Shown one piece after another: positions 1 through 12,415 of a DNA stretch of 64,000 nucleotides. A program made the translations under genes and the position numbers. Origin of the DNA: Lama guanicoe (lineage: Eukaryota); the NCBI GenBank assembly GCA_013239625.1, contig MU054212.1, positions 6,298,270-6,362,269 of the forward strand. The letters run 5' to 3'. How positions within the stretch are numbered: the first letter of the stretch is position 1; every line of letters begins with the position of its first letter. The notes beneath the pieces are model-generated. The model had not been told where the DNA came from, searched no databases, and saw only the letters and a program-made list of their open reading frames with translations.

Positions 1-2080
1 TTCACGTCTCCAGCATCTTCTGTTCCTGAAGACCTGGTAGGAGTTGTCACCTTCCCAGGTAACGTCTCACTTGGAAGTGGCCTTGTTTGAAAACTTACTT
101 CTGTCTTTAATTATAAGGCAGACTAGCTGTGAGACACGCGGCCCATCTCTCTCCCAGGTCCCGCCCACGGTCACTATCCGAAGCAGTTCTGTTTAGTTCT
201 GTGGGAGCACTTGAATTTATGCCCCATTAAAGTTCCCTTTTGAAAATTACGAGCTGAAGCCACATCTAACAATCATGACGTTCTCTGCATCCCACGCACA
301 GGCTAAAAATGGAAAATTCATTTCGTGGTCGTAGAACCAATAAAAAAATATGACTTCATTTGAAATGCCTAATTCTTAAAAAAAGGAAATTAAGTAATTT
401 CAGGTGTTTATACAACGTCCTTATGACTAGAGCATTCTATAAACACTGAACATGCTCCGAGAAGGTTCTCTTACGTCATAAGAAATTACAGCTTCGACAG
501 GAGGCCAAAACCTTTTCTGCCGCTGTGAGATTTGCTTTTAGTTTCAAATTTAACTCTAACATTTTTCTTTTAGTACCAAGGTCAAGACAGGGCCTCTTAA
601 TATTTATGTTCTTACTCATCTTTCATTAGCCACAGTGCAAAGAAGTGTTGCCAGTTTCCTACCTCAAGACGGGGTGACATAAATGACTCCGGGTGTGACC
701 ACCTGGGATGAGTCAATGAGTCCCCACTGTGTGCCAGTGGGACCAACGTTCTCTAGGAAAAGCTCATGTGGTCATATTCTTATTGAAGATAAGTACCCCA
801 AGCCTCAAGCAATATCAAAGGCATAGCTGAGTTGAGACATTCCTAAAACTGCCTACAGTACTTACTAAGAGTGTCCCCTTACCTTTTACTATTTTGGGGA
901 GGAGGGAGGGAACACCATCTGACATGAATAGAAGAACCAAGGACTCTGACTCCACCAAGACTTCCCCCAAATATTCCACGACCCCTACTGGGTACAGGGC
1001 TCTCTGGGCTTGTGTCTTAAGGTCCCTGGAAGAATCTGGAAAGAGCAGGGAAAAGTCCAGACCAGCAACTTCTGGAGAGTTTCTGTGTCATGGGACAGAC
1101 GCTGGAGGTGGGTCTTCTCTCAGGAACGCTTTGCAGCAGTGAGGGCTCTGCGTGGACAGCTAGCCACGATTGTCCTGCACGGAGGGCTGCCCGGCTGTCC
1201 ATGACCTGGTTCCAGCCTGGAGGCCACCACTGCCCTTCACTCTCCTTAGTCAGCCCTGTTCCACTGGCCCAGCAGGACTCTGGGCTCTTCCTCATCAGCC
1301 CCAGCCTTTGCTCACACCCTTCTGTCTGCAATGCCCTTCTTTCTCTCCGCTCTTCCCGTCCATGTATATTCCCTCAGCTCATCTGAAATATCCTCTCCAT
1401 GAAAGCTTCCCTCATTCATCGCCCAGCTAGTGGTTTCCTTCTCCTCTGACTCCCCCTTCTCCACGACATGACCTCTGTAGCCCTCCCACGTTTTAACCTG
1501 TACAGTTGTCCTCTCTTTTCATCTGTTCCCTTCTCTATAAAACAAAAAGGTACTAGAATCCAGAGTCCAGGGGTTATTGATGGTGACTTTCCTAGCATCT
1601 AGCCCAGTAATTCCGTGGTTTTCAAATGAGGCTCTGCACAGCCCCAGGGTTCCAGACAGGCCACCCGGTCGGGGCACAGGGCCATGGGGAGACCCCTTCC
1701 CTCCAATCTGTGCTTTAGTCAGGTGGGTTTGGATGGTAATTCTTCTATTTATTGGGATTTGTGTAATTTTTTTTTAAGGATTCTGCTGGAGGTAGAAGAA
1801 AAAAAGAAACCACTGCAATAGACAGTGTCAAATAAATAAAGAGAATCACCCTATGCCTTGAACACTTTCTCCCTTTAGATAGAAAGAAATCCAGTGATCA
1901 AAACTGAGCTGCGAAGGTTCAGAGTGCCTGTCAATCAAAGGACATGGTCAAAACAGAGGGCCCTTTCTGTCCTGTATGATCACTTTACATTAAAATTTGA
2001 TAGACGCTCCCCCGAGCTCTGAATGAATTATATTTAAGGAGGTAAATGGAACCACGCTAGCACCTAGTTCTGCTCTGTGG

Positions 2081-2100
2081 TGTGTGTGTGTGTGTGTGTG
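2081..2100. repeat. (TG)10 microsatellite
   Basis: Read directly. Confidence 0.95.
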
Positions 2101-2196
2101 GCGTGCACTTGAGCACACCCACAATGCTCTGATCGCAGTGTAACTTCCAGGGTACAGGAGAGATTACAAATGATGTTCGTGTCTCTTGCAGCCCCC

Positions 2197-2545
2197 TCCC
2201 ACCAAATAAATCTACTCCTCAGTCATTCCCCATCCGTGTAAGTGGCACTAACATCCACTCTGCTGCTCAGGCTGCAAATCTAAGGGTTCCTCCTGATTTC
2301 TCTCTTTCCTTCACTACCCACATCCAATTTATCAGTAAATACTGTTGGTTCCACCTCTAAAACATGTTCCGAAGTGGCTCATTTCCCCCCGCCATCTGCG
2401 GCGACCAGCTGCTATGGTTCACGGCATCCTGGTTTCATACCTCCGTCACCGTGTTCATACCTCTTCTCAGCTCCGCCTTCTGCACTCTCCCCCTATTATC
2501 CGTTCTCTAGGCAGCGTGTTCAAACCTCTTCTAGTAAGAACCCTC
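2197..2545 (+). mobile_element. LINE-2 (L2a-like) fragment
   Basis: ccccatccgtgtaagtggcactaacatccactctgctgctcaggc...cccacatccaatttatcagtaaatactgttgg resembles the L2 3' region. Confidence 0.75.
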
Positions 2546-2733
2546 CAAGTTTCCTGTCAAACGTACAGGAAAACTACTATTCATGTATCACTGCAAATTA
2601 AACACATTTGTTCATCCTGAGAATCATCTGTTGGGGAGTTTTTCTTTTTTTTAAGAAAGAAAAGAAATTAGCAGGTGACTGGGCAGAAAGACCAGAAGGA
2701 CCAGCACATCACTCAAAAACAGAAAGGACTTAC

Positions 2734-3906
2734 GGCTTCAGATTTGGGAGGCACTGGAGGTGGAGGTAGGGCAATCTCTGAAGACTTCATTGCTGCTCCC
2801 AGAGTTCCGGGGACAGGAAGGGGAGAAGTTGCGCACTTGGACCGGGCAGAACCTCTAAACTGATCACACCTGCTCTTCTCGCTCAGGGAGCGCGTGAGAG
2901 GCTGATGGCTGGGCTTGCCTTCCTCCAGCCACAGCTCTTCATAAGGGAGCTCTGACTTCCCCGGGAGGCCCGCCGATTCTTCACTAGCTTCTGGGAAAAG
3001 GTAGTCGCTCCCACTGTCACCCGAGTCCTGATAGGGCAGGATGTCATGAGGGAAGGGGGCCCACTCTCCCCCCAGGTCCCTGCAGCCGTGGAGGTTCACC
3101 TCGCTGTTGCCATGGAGATTGTTGCCATACACACAGACCGAGAGCCGGTGGAAGGACTGGGTGAGCTCGTCGCGAGCGTAGCTGAGGGAGTTGGGCACGT
3201 GGTTGTGGCCAGTGCACCGGCCCTTCTTGGGACTCTTACAGTCCTCGTTCCAGTCCGTTTTCACGTCGCGGACCGCCCGTGAATACTCATCGATGTCGAA
3301 CTGTTCTTGGCAGATACCCAGCCAGTGATGGACCAGGGTTTCGGGCCATACTTCCCCCTTCACCAGGTGTTCCGGGAGGCTAAACTTGGGGACGGTCAAG
3401 TGCAGAGGGAAGTGCATGGGGAGGATCTTGTTGTTCCGCAGCACACAGCAGACCACCACGGTCTTGGTCTGGATGTTCACAAACTTGTAGCGGTGCCCCT
3501 CGCGGATGAAGTGGAGGTCGTACGGGTTTCTCGGTGGAGGGCTGGGCACCGTCACATTCACGGGAAGCCTGGTTTTCTCCACAATGTTGCGGATGGTGTG
3601 CTCGCCCTCCTGCATCTGAAGTTCCAGGGGGCTCCGCGTGCTGAACCGGCCCTTGCACTGGAATGGGAGGCTGACGCTCTCGTTGGTCCGGTGATTCATG
3701 CAAATGAGACACGGCATTTTGCCTTTTCCCAGCTTGCTGATGGAATTGAGCTTCCCAATCTTTTTGAAGATGGTGTTGAGTCGTGACTTCTCCTTGAAAG
3801 TCTTTGCATACAGGATTTCTGCCTGGCCCATTAGTGTGAGTTCATCCCCTGTACATAGGGTGATGTTGTAAACTTCTGTATCTTCATTGCATTCGCCTGA
3901 AGCAAC
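2734..3906 (-). CDS. GAREM1: GAREM1 large internal coding exon (1173 nt, 391 codons, phase 0/0; equivalent to human exon 4). Encodes the C-terminal part of the CABIT region, the ELPYEEL tyrosine motif and the start of the proline-rich region
   Basis: Minus strand reads ...TGTGGTAG|GTT GCT TCA GGC (VASGECNEDTEVYNITLCTGDELTLMGQAEILYAK...) to ...PPPPVPPKSEA|GTAAGT. The 372-aa ORF 2713..3831 matches GAREM1 as I recall it. Acceptor AG at 3907-3908, donor GTAAGT at 2728-2733. Confidence 0.97.
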
Positions 3907-4689
3907 CTACCACAGAACAGATCAAATTTTAGGGTGGTTTTCTTTTGTTTATTCACACAAAGAAAAATGCTGTTTTATTTTAATACCAAATTTAGACACT
4001 CCATTTCTTTTATAATATTTATGCGGTTAACGATAACCAGATGATGTTAGCTTAGACTTTTAAAAACACGTGTTTTTTTTCCTGAAGAAAAAGGTGCTCT
4101 GTATTCATTAGTAACACTTTAGGAAATACAGAAGAAAAACACAAAAATAAAATAATATCCTGACTCAGAGATAGAAACGCTTAATGATTTGATAAACATC
4201 CTTCCAATTTCTTTTCCTATGTAGTCTACCATATGGGTAATTATTTGGGGACATTAATATTATCACTGCATCTTTTTCAGTTATAAAAATACTTTCATGA
4301 ATACCATTGTAGAAAATTCTTTAACTATTAAAACTCTGCTTATTTTTTAACATAATTTTATTACATTTCCAATTTTTTCTAAAACTGGAACTGGGACAAA
4401 GGGCTTAAAAATGTCTTATTTCTCCCCCTTCTTTTATTTTATTATACAAACTACTCACATTCATTGGAAGAAATAGCAGAAAATACAGATATTAAAACAA
4501 AACAAAACAAAACAAATTCTATACAATCTGACCACTGAAGATAACCTGTTAACAATTTTGTATCAATAGAAAAAAAAAAGTCTATCAATCTATCTCAGAG
4601 CTATATATAAACACACCGAATTTTATTGCTGAATTTTTCACTATAACGTATCCATTTTCCTTTGTATACACTCCATCAATTGTAATACT

Positions 4690-4920
4690 GACCTAACGTA
4701 TTCCATTCTATATGGATATGCCTTAATTTATTTGACCAGTTCCTTATTGTCAGACAGATGGGATTTCCCAATTTTTAGCAATTATAATAGTACCGCAACA
4801 AACTTTTCTGCACTTCAATTATTTCCTTAGGATAAAGACTGAGAAGTGGAATTGCATGGACAAAGCTATGTGTATTTGAAAGGTCTAATATTTATTGCCC
4901 ATGGTACTTCATCAATATTA
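4690..4920 (-). mobile_element. Old L1 (L1ME-like) fragment
   Basis: tattccattctatatggatatgccttaatttattt...atttccttaggataaa...agaagtggaattgc is typical antisense L1ME. Confidence 0.6.
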
Positions 4921-6021
4921 CAGTTATTCATGTTTCTATCTATTGTTGTGGATCTCAGTTTGTTGCTATTCTGTTATGTCCAGTAATCTTACTGTAATAA
5001 TTCTTTCCAGTTGATTTTCTTTGGATTCCTAGGTGATCATATCTTTCATTTTTTCAGTTTTCACCCTTTCTCTCCCACAACAGAGCGGTGGTGGTGAGAG
5101 TGTTTGTTTCACATTTTATTGTGAATATCACCTGTGTTTTAATGTCAACTATGAGAAATTTGTTGGCTTGAAATGGAATTTTTAAAATCACATTAGTCTT
5201 TCCAATTCTAGTTTTCTAAAAGTTTCCACAAAGAGATTAATTTTTTATTTTTACCAAATGGTTTCTGTATCCAATAAGATAGTCATGTGTTAATTTTAAA
5301 TTTTGAGGTACAGATTTTATATTATAATAGTAGGTTCCCAAATAGTAAAAAAAAAACCTTACATGCCTGAAATAATCTCTACCTGATCATGGCACACTTA
5401 AAACTACATGGCATGTTTCTCCTTGACAGTATTTATCTATGATCTATGTATCTTAGCCACAGGTGAGAGTAATGTACAGTTTTATTATTATGTTATCTTT
5501 ACCTGGTTTTAGTATCAGGCTTACATTAAGCTTGAGATGAACTTTTTCTTTTTATGTTAATAAAAAAGCATCTTGGGTAAAGTGACTGACAATGTTCAGA
5601 TGACTTACTGGGTAGTCACCCTCATATGCATTTACAGAACTAGGTGGTAACAATCCTTGTAAATAATTTCTTACCTCTTCTGGGTCATCTCTATATAATT
5701 TTAATCTTTGGAAAAAGGAATTTGTCAATCAAAATCAGTGCTATAAAAAACAAACAGTTCTCTCGTCTCTGTAGTGAAGGGAATTTGTCTGAAGGAGGCG
5801 TTATTAGTACATAAATGGCAGCACAATATTTAAGGGCAGTTCAGGGCTCCTAAGGTTTAAAATCCATTTTAGGTGACTCAGGTAAGTATTGTTACTATAT
5901 TTTTTTTCAACAAGACCTCAACTTAACTGTGTTTAGTTTCAGTCTCGGCATTCACCTGGACTTCTACATCGGAATAAGTTTGGGAATTTAAATTCAGTAA
6001 TAAATAATAAATAAGTACAAT

Positions 6022-6350
6022 TTAACTTTTTATTTAGAATAATTTCAGATTTGTAGAAGAGTTGTGAAGGTAGTGGAAAGAGTACCTGTAATGCCCTTCA
6101 CTCAGCTTCTCCTGTTAACATCTTACAAAACCGTGGCACATGGTCAAAGCTAAGAAATGAACATGGTACAATCTACTAACCACATGACAAGCTTTATTTG
6201 GATTTCACTAGTTTTTTCCACGAATGTCTTTTTTCTGTTCTGGGACCAAACCAGGATATCATACTGCAACCAGTTCTCTGTTCTGTGAGTTTCTTGACCT
6301 CTCTTTGTTTTTCATGACCTTCACAGTTTTGGAGAATATAGAGCAAGGCT
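6022..6350 (-). mobile_element. L1MC4/L1MC5-like 3' end
   Basis: ttttatttagaataatttcagatttgtagaagagttg...cttcactcagcttctcctgttaacatctta...tttatttggatttcactagtttt. Confidence 0.75.
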
Positions 6351-6578
6351 TTTTTAAGCTAATACATAATTTATACAGGACAATACTTGGCACACGGGAT
6401 AGCTGTCTTTCTTTTCCTACAGGACCTTAACTTTCAAGGTTTCAGTTATTTTATTCTCCTGACTTTGGTCACCAAAGGTCTTCAGAAAAGATTTATTGGC
6501 TATTCATTTTAACTTTTGGTTTATCCCTAAGGCTTTTACTTGCAGTGAGTATCTAGTTAAGCTTATAACAATACAGAT

Positions 6579-6800
6579 CAGAGGTCAGCAAACTATTGCC
6601 TACAGTCCATGCTGGCCCCGACTCTGACTTTGTAAATAAAGTTTTATTAGGACATCGCTATGCCCATTCCTTTCCGCATGGTCTCTGGCTGCCTTCACTC
6701 TCTGATGGCAAGGTGCAGAGCTGCAGGAAGGACTGTATGGCCGGCAAACTCTAAACTATTTACTCTTTGTCCCTTTACGGAAAAGGTTTGCTGACCCCGG
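6579..6800 (+). mobile_element. MER58A hAT-Charlie MITE, full length
   Basis: TIRs cagaggtcagcaaac...gtttgctgaccccgg; internal tttgtaaataaagttttatt; degraded 8-bp TSD atacagat/gtacagac. Confidence 0.9.
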
Positions 6801-6889
6801 GTACAGACGAATGAAAAGGACCATGGCCTTTGGAAATTAACTGGCACAATACTACGAATGGTACAATACTAATAACTAAACTACGAGCT

Positions 6890-7050
6890 AAGTCTCAATC
6901 TTGTTTACTGTTAGGTGACCTCAGACGAAGTGTTCTGCCTTTTTGCGACTCAGTTTCCTCATCGATAAAATGAGAACACCATCAGCTACTTCTCAAGCTT
7001 AACCGACGTATGCAAACAACTTCCCACAGTGGTAAGCTCTCAACAAATGG
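6890..7050 (+). mobile_element. MIR SINE fragment
   Basis: Core ctcagtttcctcatcgataaaatgaga; tail tggtaagctctcaacaaatg. Confidence 0.7.
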
Positions 7051-10000
7051 AGACCATTATTGTTATTATTACCTTTATTAACAATGATTCTTGAAAGTTT
7101 AATTCTTGTAATTCTGTTTCATATTCCCTTTCACATCTCTGCATTTTCATGTTGTTTTCTATTTTCATGCACTACTGTTTTCAAGCCCAAACCACTACCT
7201 CTAGGCATCACCCTTCCTTCTGTACTGAGGAGCTGCTCAAATTTTTATTGAAGATGTTATCCCAGAATAAAACTTACTGTCAGAATAGGGCCAGAAATAT
7301 CAATACAGTTATATTCCAAAGGGAGGGAACATACTGAAATGATTCAAAATATACTGTTCTAGGATAAACTGGTCTCCAAAATGCTCAGATGCATTGCTCT
7401 ACTTCCTTTTTACTGGAACTTGGTAAAAAAAAAACCAAACTTGGCAGTTCATCTGTTTGGACCAAGATGGAGACAGGGATGTTGAGAGAAAGGGTTCTCA
7501 TGAGATTTGAGAAACACACACAAGTTCACTCATACAACAAGCTGTTTCCAGTGAACATAGAGGGAGCCAACAGTGCTTCTCAAACATGAAGGAAAAACAA
7601 GAAGAAATGGCTGTTTCCAACTCTTTTACATCAGTACTCACTATATTTTTCCTTATTTACCTTTAGAAACACACACCTTCCAGAATGAAGAAATTACAGG
7701 TCTGGTGAGGAACGTACATCAAATGAATTGAAAGAAAGTGTCCACACAGTTTGTGGGACATGACTCAGAAGGTGCACGCACAGATTCAACAGATCAGAAC
7801 TATCCTCACTAAGTGTCACTCTCTGGGTGCAGTCCACAGTTTTGTCTACATTTTTGTGCATGTCTGTACTTCTAAAGGAAGTTACCCCCACTCCCATACA
7901 TCAAAATGCATAACATATGTGAGTACAATCTGTGATTCCACGCTTCCAACTCTGATGTCATCATTCACGCTAGCAATTAGCTCTGCATAGATTATGAGAC
8001 GAACGTACTGACCCGTCTTGTGGTCATTGTCGGTGACAGATAAAGAATTTCATAAATAAGTGTTCTTCCCTTGGCAGTTGAACTAAACAGTCTCTTCTGG
8101 TTTCTACAGATGTGATTTATTTGCATAATTTCTTTCCTTTAAGATTTTTTTTTTTAATAGCAGAAGAAACAATGCGTTCTAAGTGCCTGAGTATGCGTGC
8201 CTGGTTAACATTTCCAGTTTCAATGTTTCCTGAGAGGAAGTCATTCAAAGCGTGTTATCTAAACAACTTTAATAGGTCTAATCCAGGAAACTATCAGGGT
8301 TTTGCTATTCATAATACCGTTCAGAATGAATACCCCACGATCAAGCAACATTTAAAAACACTGATGTAAAATTTACACACACACACTTCTCTCTCCCCTC
8401 TTCTGTCTTTCTGTCTCTGGCAACAGGCAACCCATTTTCTAAGAACAGTTGTTTTAAAGATCAAACATGTAACAGAGGTTAAAAATTTCAACTCTTGGGG
8501 GAAAAAAAGCAGGATTGATCTGATTGATATTTGGTTAAATAGACAATATTTGATTGTTAGATCACTTCCCCCCAAACGTCAATTTTTCTCTTTCCTTCAG
8601 GAAAATGGCAGAAAATGAGAAAGGAAGGCCTTGAAGAGTTAAGATAAATGTCAATCCTGAGTGTTTTATTTTTTTTTAAACAGGAAATAGGGCAAGGATG
8701 ACAACGGCCATGATTTAATTTGCGACGGCGCAGCAGAGGGCTTGCCAACTGGTAGTTTTTCAGAGGAGGTCTCGAAACCTCAGACGACAAAAAAAGCACT
8801 GGGCTGTCTTCAAACACTGAAATAATTGGCCTCGCCACTGTATCCAATTTTATCATTCTGAATGAATCGTGAAAATAAATGACATCTGACTCATGGTAAG
8901 GAAGAGATGCCATTTAAAAAAAACTGGAATATACAAATAAAAATTGGCTGTCTCTAAATTCATTCACTTTTCGTTTTTAAAATTCATTCTTCCCTCTTGA
9001 CAAAATTCAGGTTGTATAATAATCAATGATTTCTGATCCTTCTGGAACTTAGCCAAGAACAAGGCAGTGAGCTAAAGGCCTCCGAGCCACCAAGAAGATG
9101 TGAAGTTAGGGCTTATGGAGAAGGCTTTGAGGACCTTAACTCAAAGTGACCCACCTTGGTTAGCAGTTTCCAGCTCACAGTGGAATAGAAGTGAAATTAA
9201 AACTGGAAATACAGACTGGTAAGGAAGGTATTCTGACAAACTTAAAGGCAACAAGTGAGCAGTTTAAATGAGAGTGTAAAACACCTAATTCTCAGGTCCG
9301 CAGTGTCCCTCTCTATAAAGTTAAGAGTCATACACATCTCAGGAGATGAGGTTAAGTTTAAATTTTGTGCAAGTACTTCTCTTTCAGATGGCAGAAAGAA
9401 AGAAATCTATTTTAGGAAACCGAAAGGAAATTATAGTCATTTTGGACAGAATTTTTGTTACAATTCACAGCTATCCCCAAAGCTGGCTACCTAGAGTTAC
9501 TCATACCCTAAAGGCTCCAGAGGAGGTAAAAAATGTCATGGCAAATGATCTTTATCCAGTCTGCAGAATCACAGGGAAAAAACCCACCTCTCTGACACCA
9601 TTGTAAACTTTCCACAGGAGGCGGATGCCTTTTCAGAATTGTCAAGACAGAAAGTAGGGATGGTATTTTCAATGAGGAATGATGTGACCATCGCGTCTGC
9701 ACTACACTCGTCAAACAAAACAACCCCAAAACTCTGCAAGAACTCTAATGTTTCAGTCTCACTATGTTGTGCTACTTCACAGGACGACCACAGGATGGCT
9801 GCGGAACAAAGTCAGGTCATAAGCTGTTTTTGCATTTTAGAAGACAAACAGGATCAGAAAGACAACAGGGAGTAAAATAATTACGACAAGAGTTCAAAGC
9901 AAGAGCAGCCCAAACTCTCCATTAATGCATTTTCGAGGCCTTGTCCGTAGTGTGTCCTGTTAAAATGAGGCAAAAAAGAAATCTAAGTCATATGCGTAAT

Positions 10001-11845
10001 ATGGTAACTATTTTAGGCTGTGGAAATAAAATACAGTCTAACTGGCTGGCAGAGGGGGAAGATCTTTATTTCTTCAGCACTTTTGCAGATGGCCACTTGA
10101 AAAAGGGGAACTAAGACGTTAAGGTAAAAGGCACACAGACGGCCTCAAATCTGTGACTCGGAGGGAGAAACTGGCTGATTCTTAGTAAGTTGGAAGCTTT
10201 GGAAAAAATCCAGAGTTCCAGCATCCAGTTGCACAAATCATATTAAACTTCAGAGCTCCTGCTTATTTATTCAATGATGCATTTTAGCCACTTTGTTGTA
10301 TTTTTACCACTGCCTCAAGCAATAATGCAAGAACTCATCTTGTTTCTGTTCATATTTGAAAAAATTCTGCATTAATACGTTACAGTAGCATTTTTGAAGG
10401 GGCTCGTTTTTACACATGCTGTCTAATTAGAAATGGCACCGGTGCTGATGGAAAACATCAAGTTAACTTGTAGGATTTTATTTTTTAAATATTGGCATCA
10501 TACTCTGGAATGAAAAAAGATCTAAAAATCGGCACATATAATACTCATAAAAGCTCCCAAATCCTGTGTCAGACCCTAAGCGTTTCAGAAATAAAACAGA
10601 CAGAAGGATCTACGTAGGCAGTAATTATTGAGCACGTTTATTTAGATTTTTAAAAAAGAAAATGATTTTACTGTGCAAGCCATGGTGTCAGTGTGAAAGG
10701 ATCTTCTGATCACAATGGGAGCCTTATCTCAGATCCACAAACAAAATGGGACAGAGTAAGGGGATGACTGGATTAAATTAGGTGACCTGGCTTTGCAGCC
10801 AAGTTGTTTTGTGGTTCTGTATGAATCAATGAAGTCGGCTAACATCTGTTTCTTAGTTTTCCTATTTGTTAAAAGAAGAAGTAGGGCGAGGCAATGCGTA
10901 AAGGGCCTTTCCAGATCTAAAATCTGACGATTATCAGAATTCAAAGTCTATAACTTTCCTAGTCCTGCTAGCTTATTTATAATGTTTTATCATTTTTATT
11001 CTTGGTCATGCTTCTCAGTATTGAGAAGCTTAGCATCACCCCAGATCTCTGAATCTTATGATTCTTTACCTTATGAAAAAAAAAAAAGACCCTGAAATCC
11101 TTCCCCCTACACTAGGCAGCTCTGTGGCAAGATGCTGCCAAAAACAGGTACCAAACCCAGTCATCTGGAGCTGATGTGCAGGTGACAGGACCGTCACCTG
11201 AGCTCCGCCCCAGCCCACAGGGTAATGGCTCTTAAGAGGTCTGTGTGGGCTGAAGCCGTGATTACACTCCACATTTGACTGAAATCTCACAATTCCTGAG
11301 CGGGGCACTTTCCCCAGTGGAGACAATGCAAACTTGTCATTTTGCCTGTGGGGAAATCTAAGCTGGAAGAGCTGAAAGCTTGGACCTCACTAACTGAAAT
11401 GAGAATAGCACTGTTACAGCGTCCAGATTAGCGCATCTGGGCTCCCCGAGACTCCAGAGAGGTAATTTTAATGTAGAAAGGGTTCCGGGCGACAGCACTG
11501 AGGTCAGGATGCCTCTTTCCCATTAAGGAGAGCTGCAAGTCGCCCAGCGCCAAGTAGAAGGCTGCCTTTCCCCCCACCTCTTTCCACAAATGTCACAGGA
11601 AAGGCAGAACTTACATTAAGACTTAATTTGTTTGTCATCATTTTGATGGCAGAAAATATATGCGTGGGAAAATTTCTCATCATGACTGGGCTGGGTTTAA
11701 AAGGCTGAAAGACATTTAAAATAATTCACTAGGTACTGTATAATAAGTTTCCAAAAAAGTATTTGAGGTGAAAGGGTGTTTTGAAACAAAAACAACATAT
11801 GCACTGTGTCCTTAATATTCAGGCACAGAGTACAAAGTACTAAAA

Positions 11846-11970
11846 AAAGAGTAAGTGAAATAATTTGTGCTGGGAAATCTTATTTTAAAAGAGAGTAAGT
11901 GAAATAATCTGTGCTAGGAAACAAAAATTTTTTTTAAAGAGTAAATGAAATAATCTGTGTTGGGAATTTT
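11846..11970. repeat. Minisatellite-like triplication, unit about 45 bp (GAGTAAGTGAAATAATYTGTGCTRGGAA...)
   Basis: Unit cores start at 11851, 11895 and 11941. Confidence 0.9.
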
Positions 11971-11997
11971 CTTTTGGTTGGATTTTATGTTTTGAAT

Positions 11998-12207
11998 CAG
12001 AGGTTTGGCAAACTTTTTCTTACAAGGCCAGAGAGTAATCATTTCAGGCTTGTGGGCCATATGGTCTCTGTTCCCATCACTGGACTCTGCGCTGTGTCGT
12101 GGAAGCAGCCTCAGACGACACTAAGTGGAGGGGGGTGGTTGTGTTCCAATAAAACTTTATTTGCAAAATAGGTGCCCTGTCCCAAGACCGTAGTTAGCCA
12201 GTCCCTA
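11998..12207 (-). mobile_element. MER58A MITE
   Basis: cagaggtttggcaaactttttc...tgtgttccaataaaactttatttgcaaaa...gtagttagccagtccct. Confidence 0.85.
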
Positions 12208-12214
12208 TACTAGA

Positions 12215-12415
12215 TGCTTGCAAAGTACGTGAGTGCATTACTTCATTTAACTCTCATGACAAACGTATGCGGTATGTGGTCTCACCTCCCATTTTGCCCA
12301 TTTTGCAGGTGAAGACACCTGGGCATAGGGGTCATGTGACCTGACCATGGCCATAGTCGATGCCTGGAGCTGACGTCTGACCTCAGCTCCTAATCCAAAG
12401 CCTGAGCTACAATAT
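12215..12415 (-). mobile_element. MIR SINE fragment
   Basis: tcatttaactctcatgacaa...cccattttgcaggtgaagacac. Confidence 0.65.

Larger units (their letters stand above)
1..2733 (-). other. GAREM1: Start of the intron downstream of the 1173-nt exon
   Basis: Begins with donor GTAAGT. The next exon was not recognised in 1-2733. Confidence 0.85.

Noticed and set aside
3046..3786. Plus-strand ORFs of 78 and 159 aa, and the 110-aa alternative-frame minus ORF
   Set aside because: Shadows of the GC-rich GAREM1 exon; no independent evidence of coding.
2713..3831. The 372-aa ORF taken as a complete single-exon gene or retrocopy
   Set aside because: The frame extends upstream to an acceptor at 3906 and is cut by a consensus donor at 2734, so it is an internal exon.
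11846..11970. Repeat-spacer pattern superficially like a CRISPR array
   Set aside because: Mammalian intron, only three diverged copies, homopolymer spacers and no cas genes.
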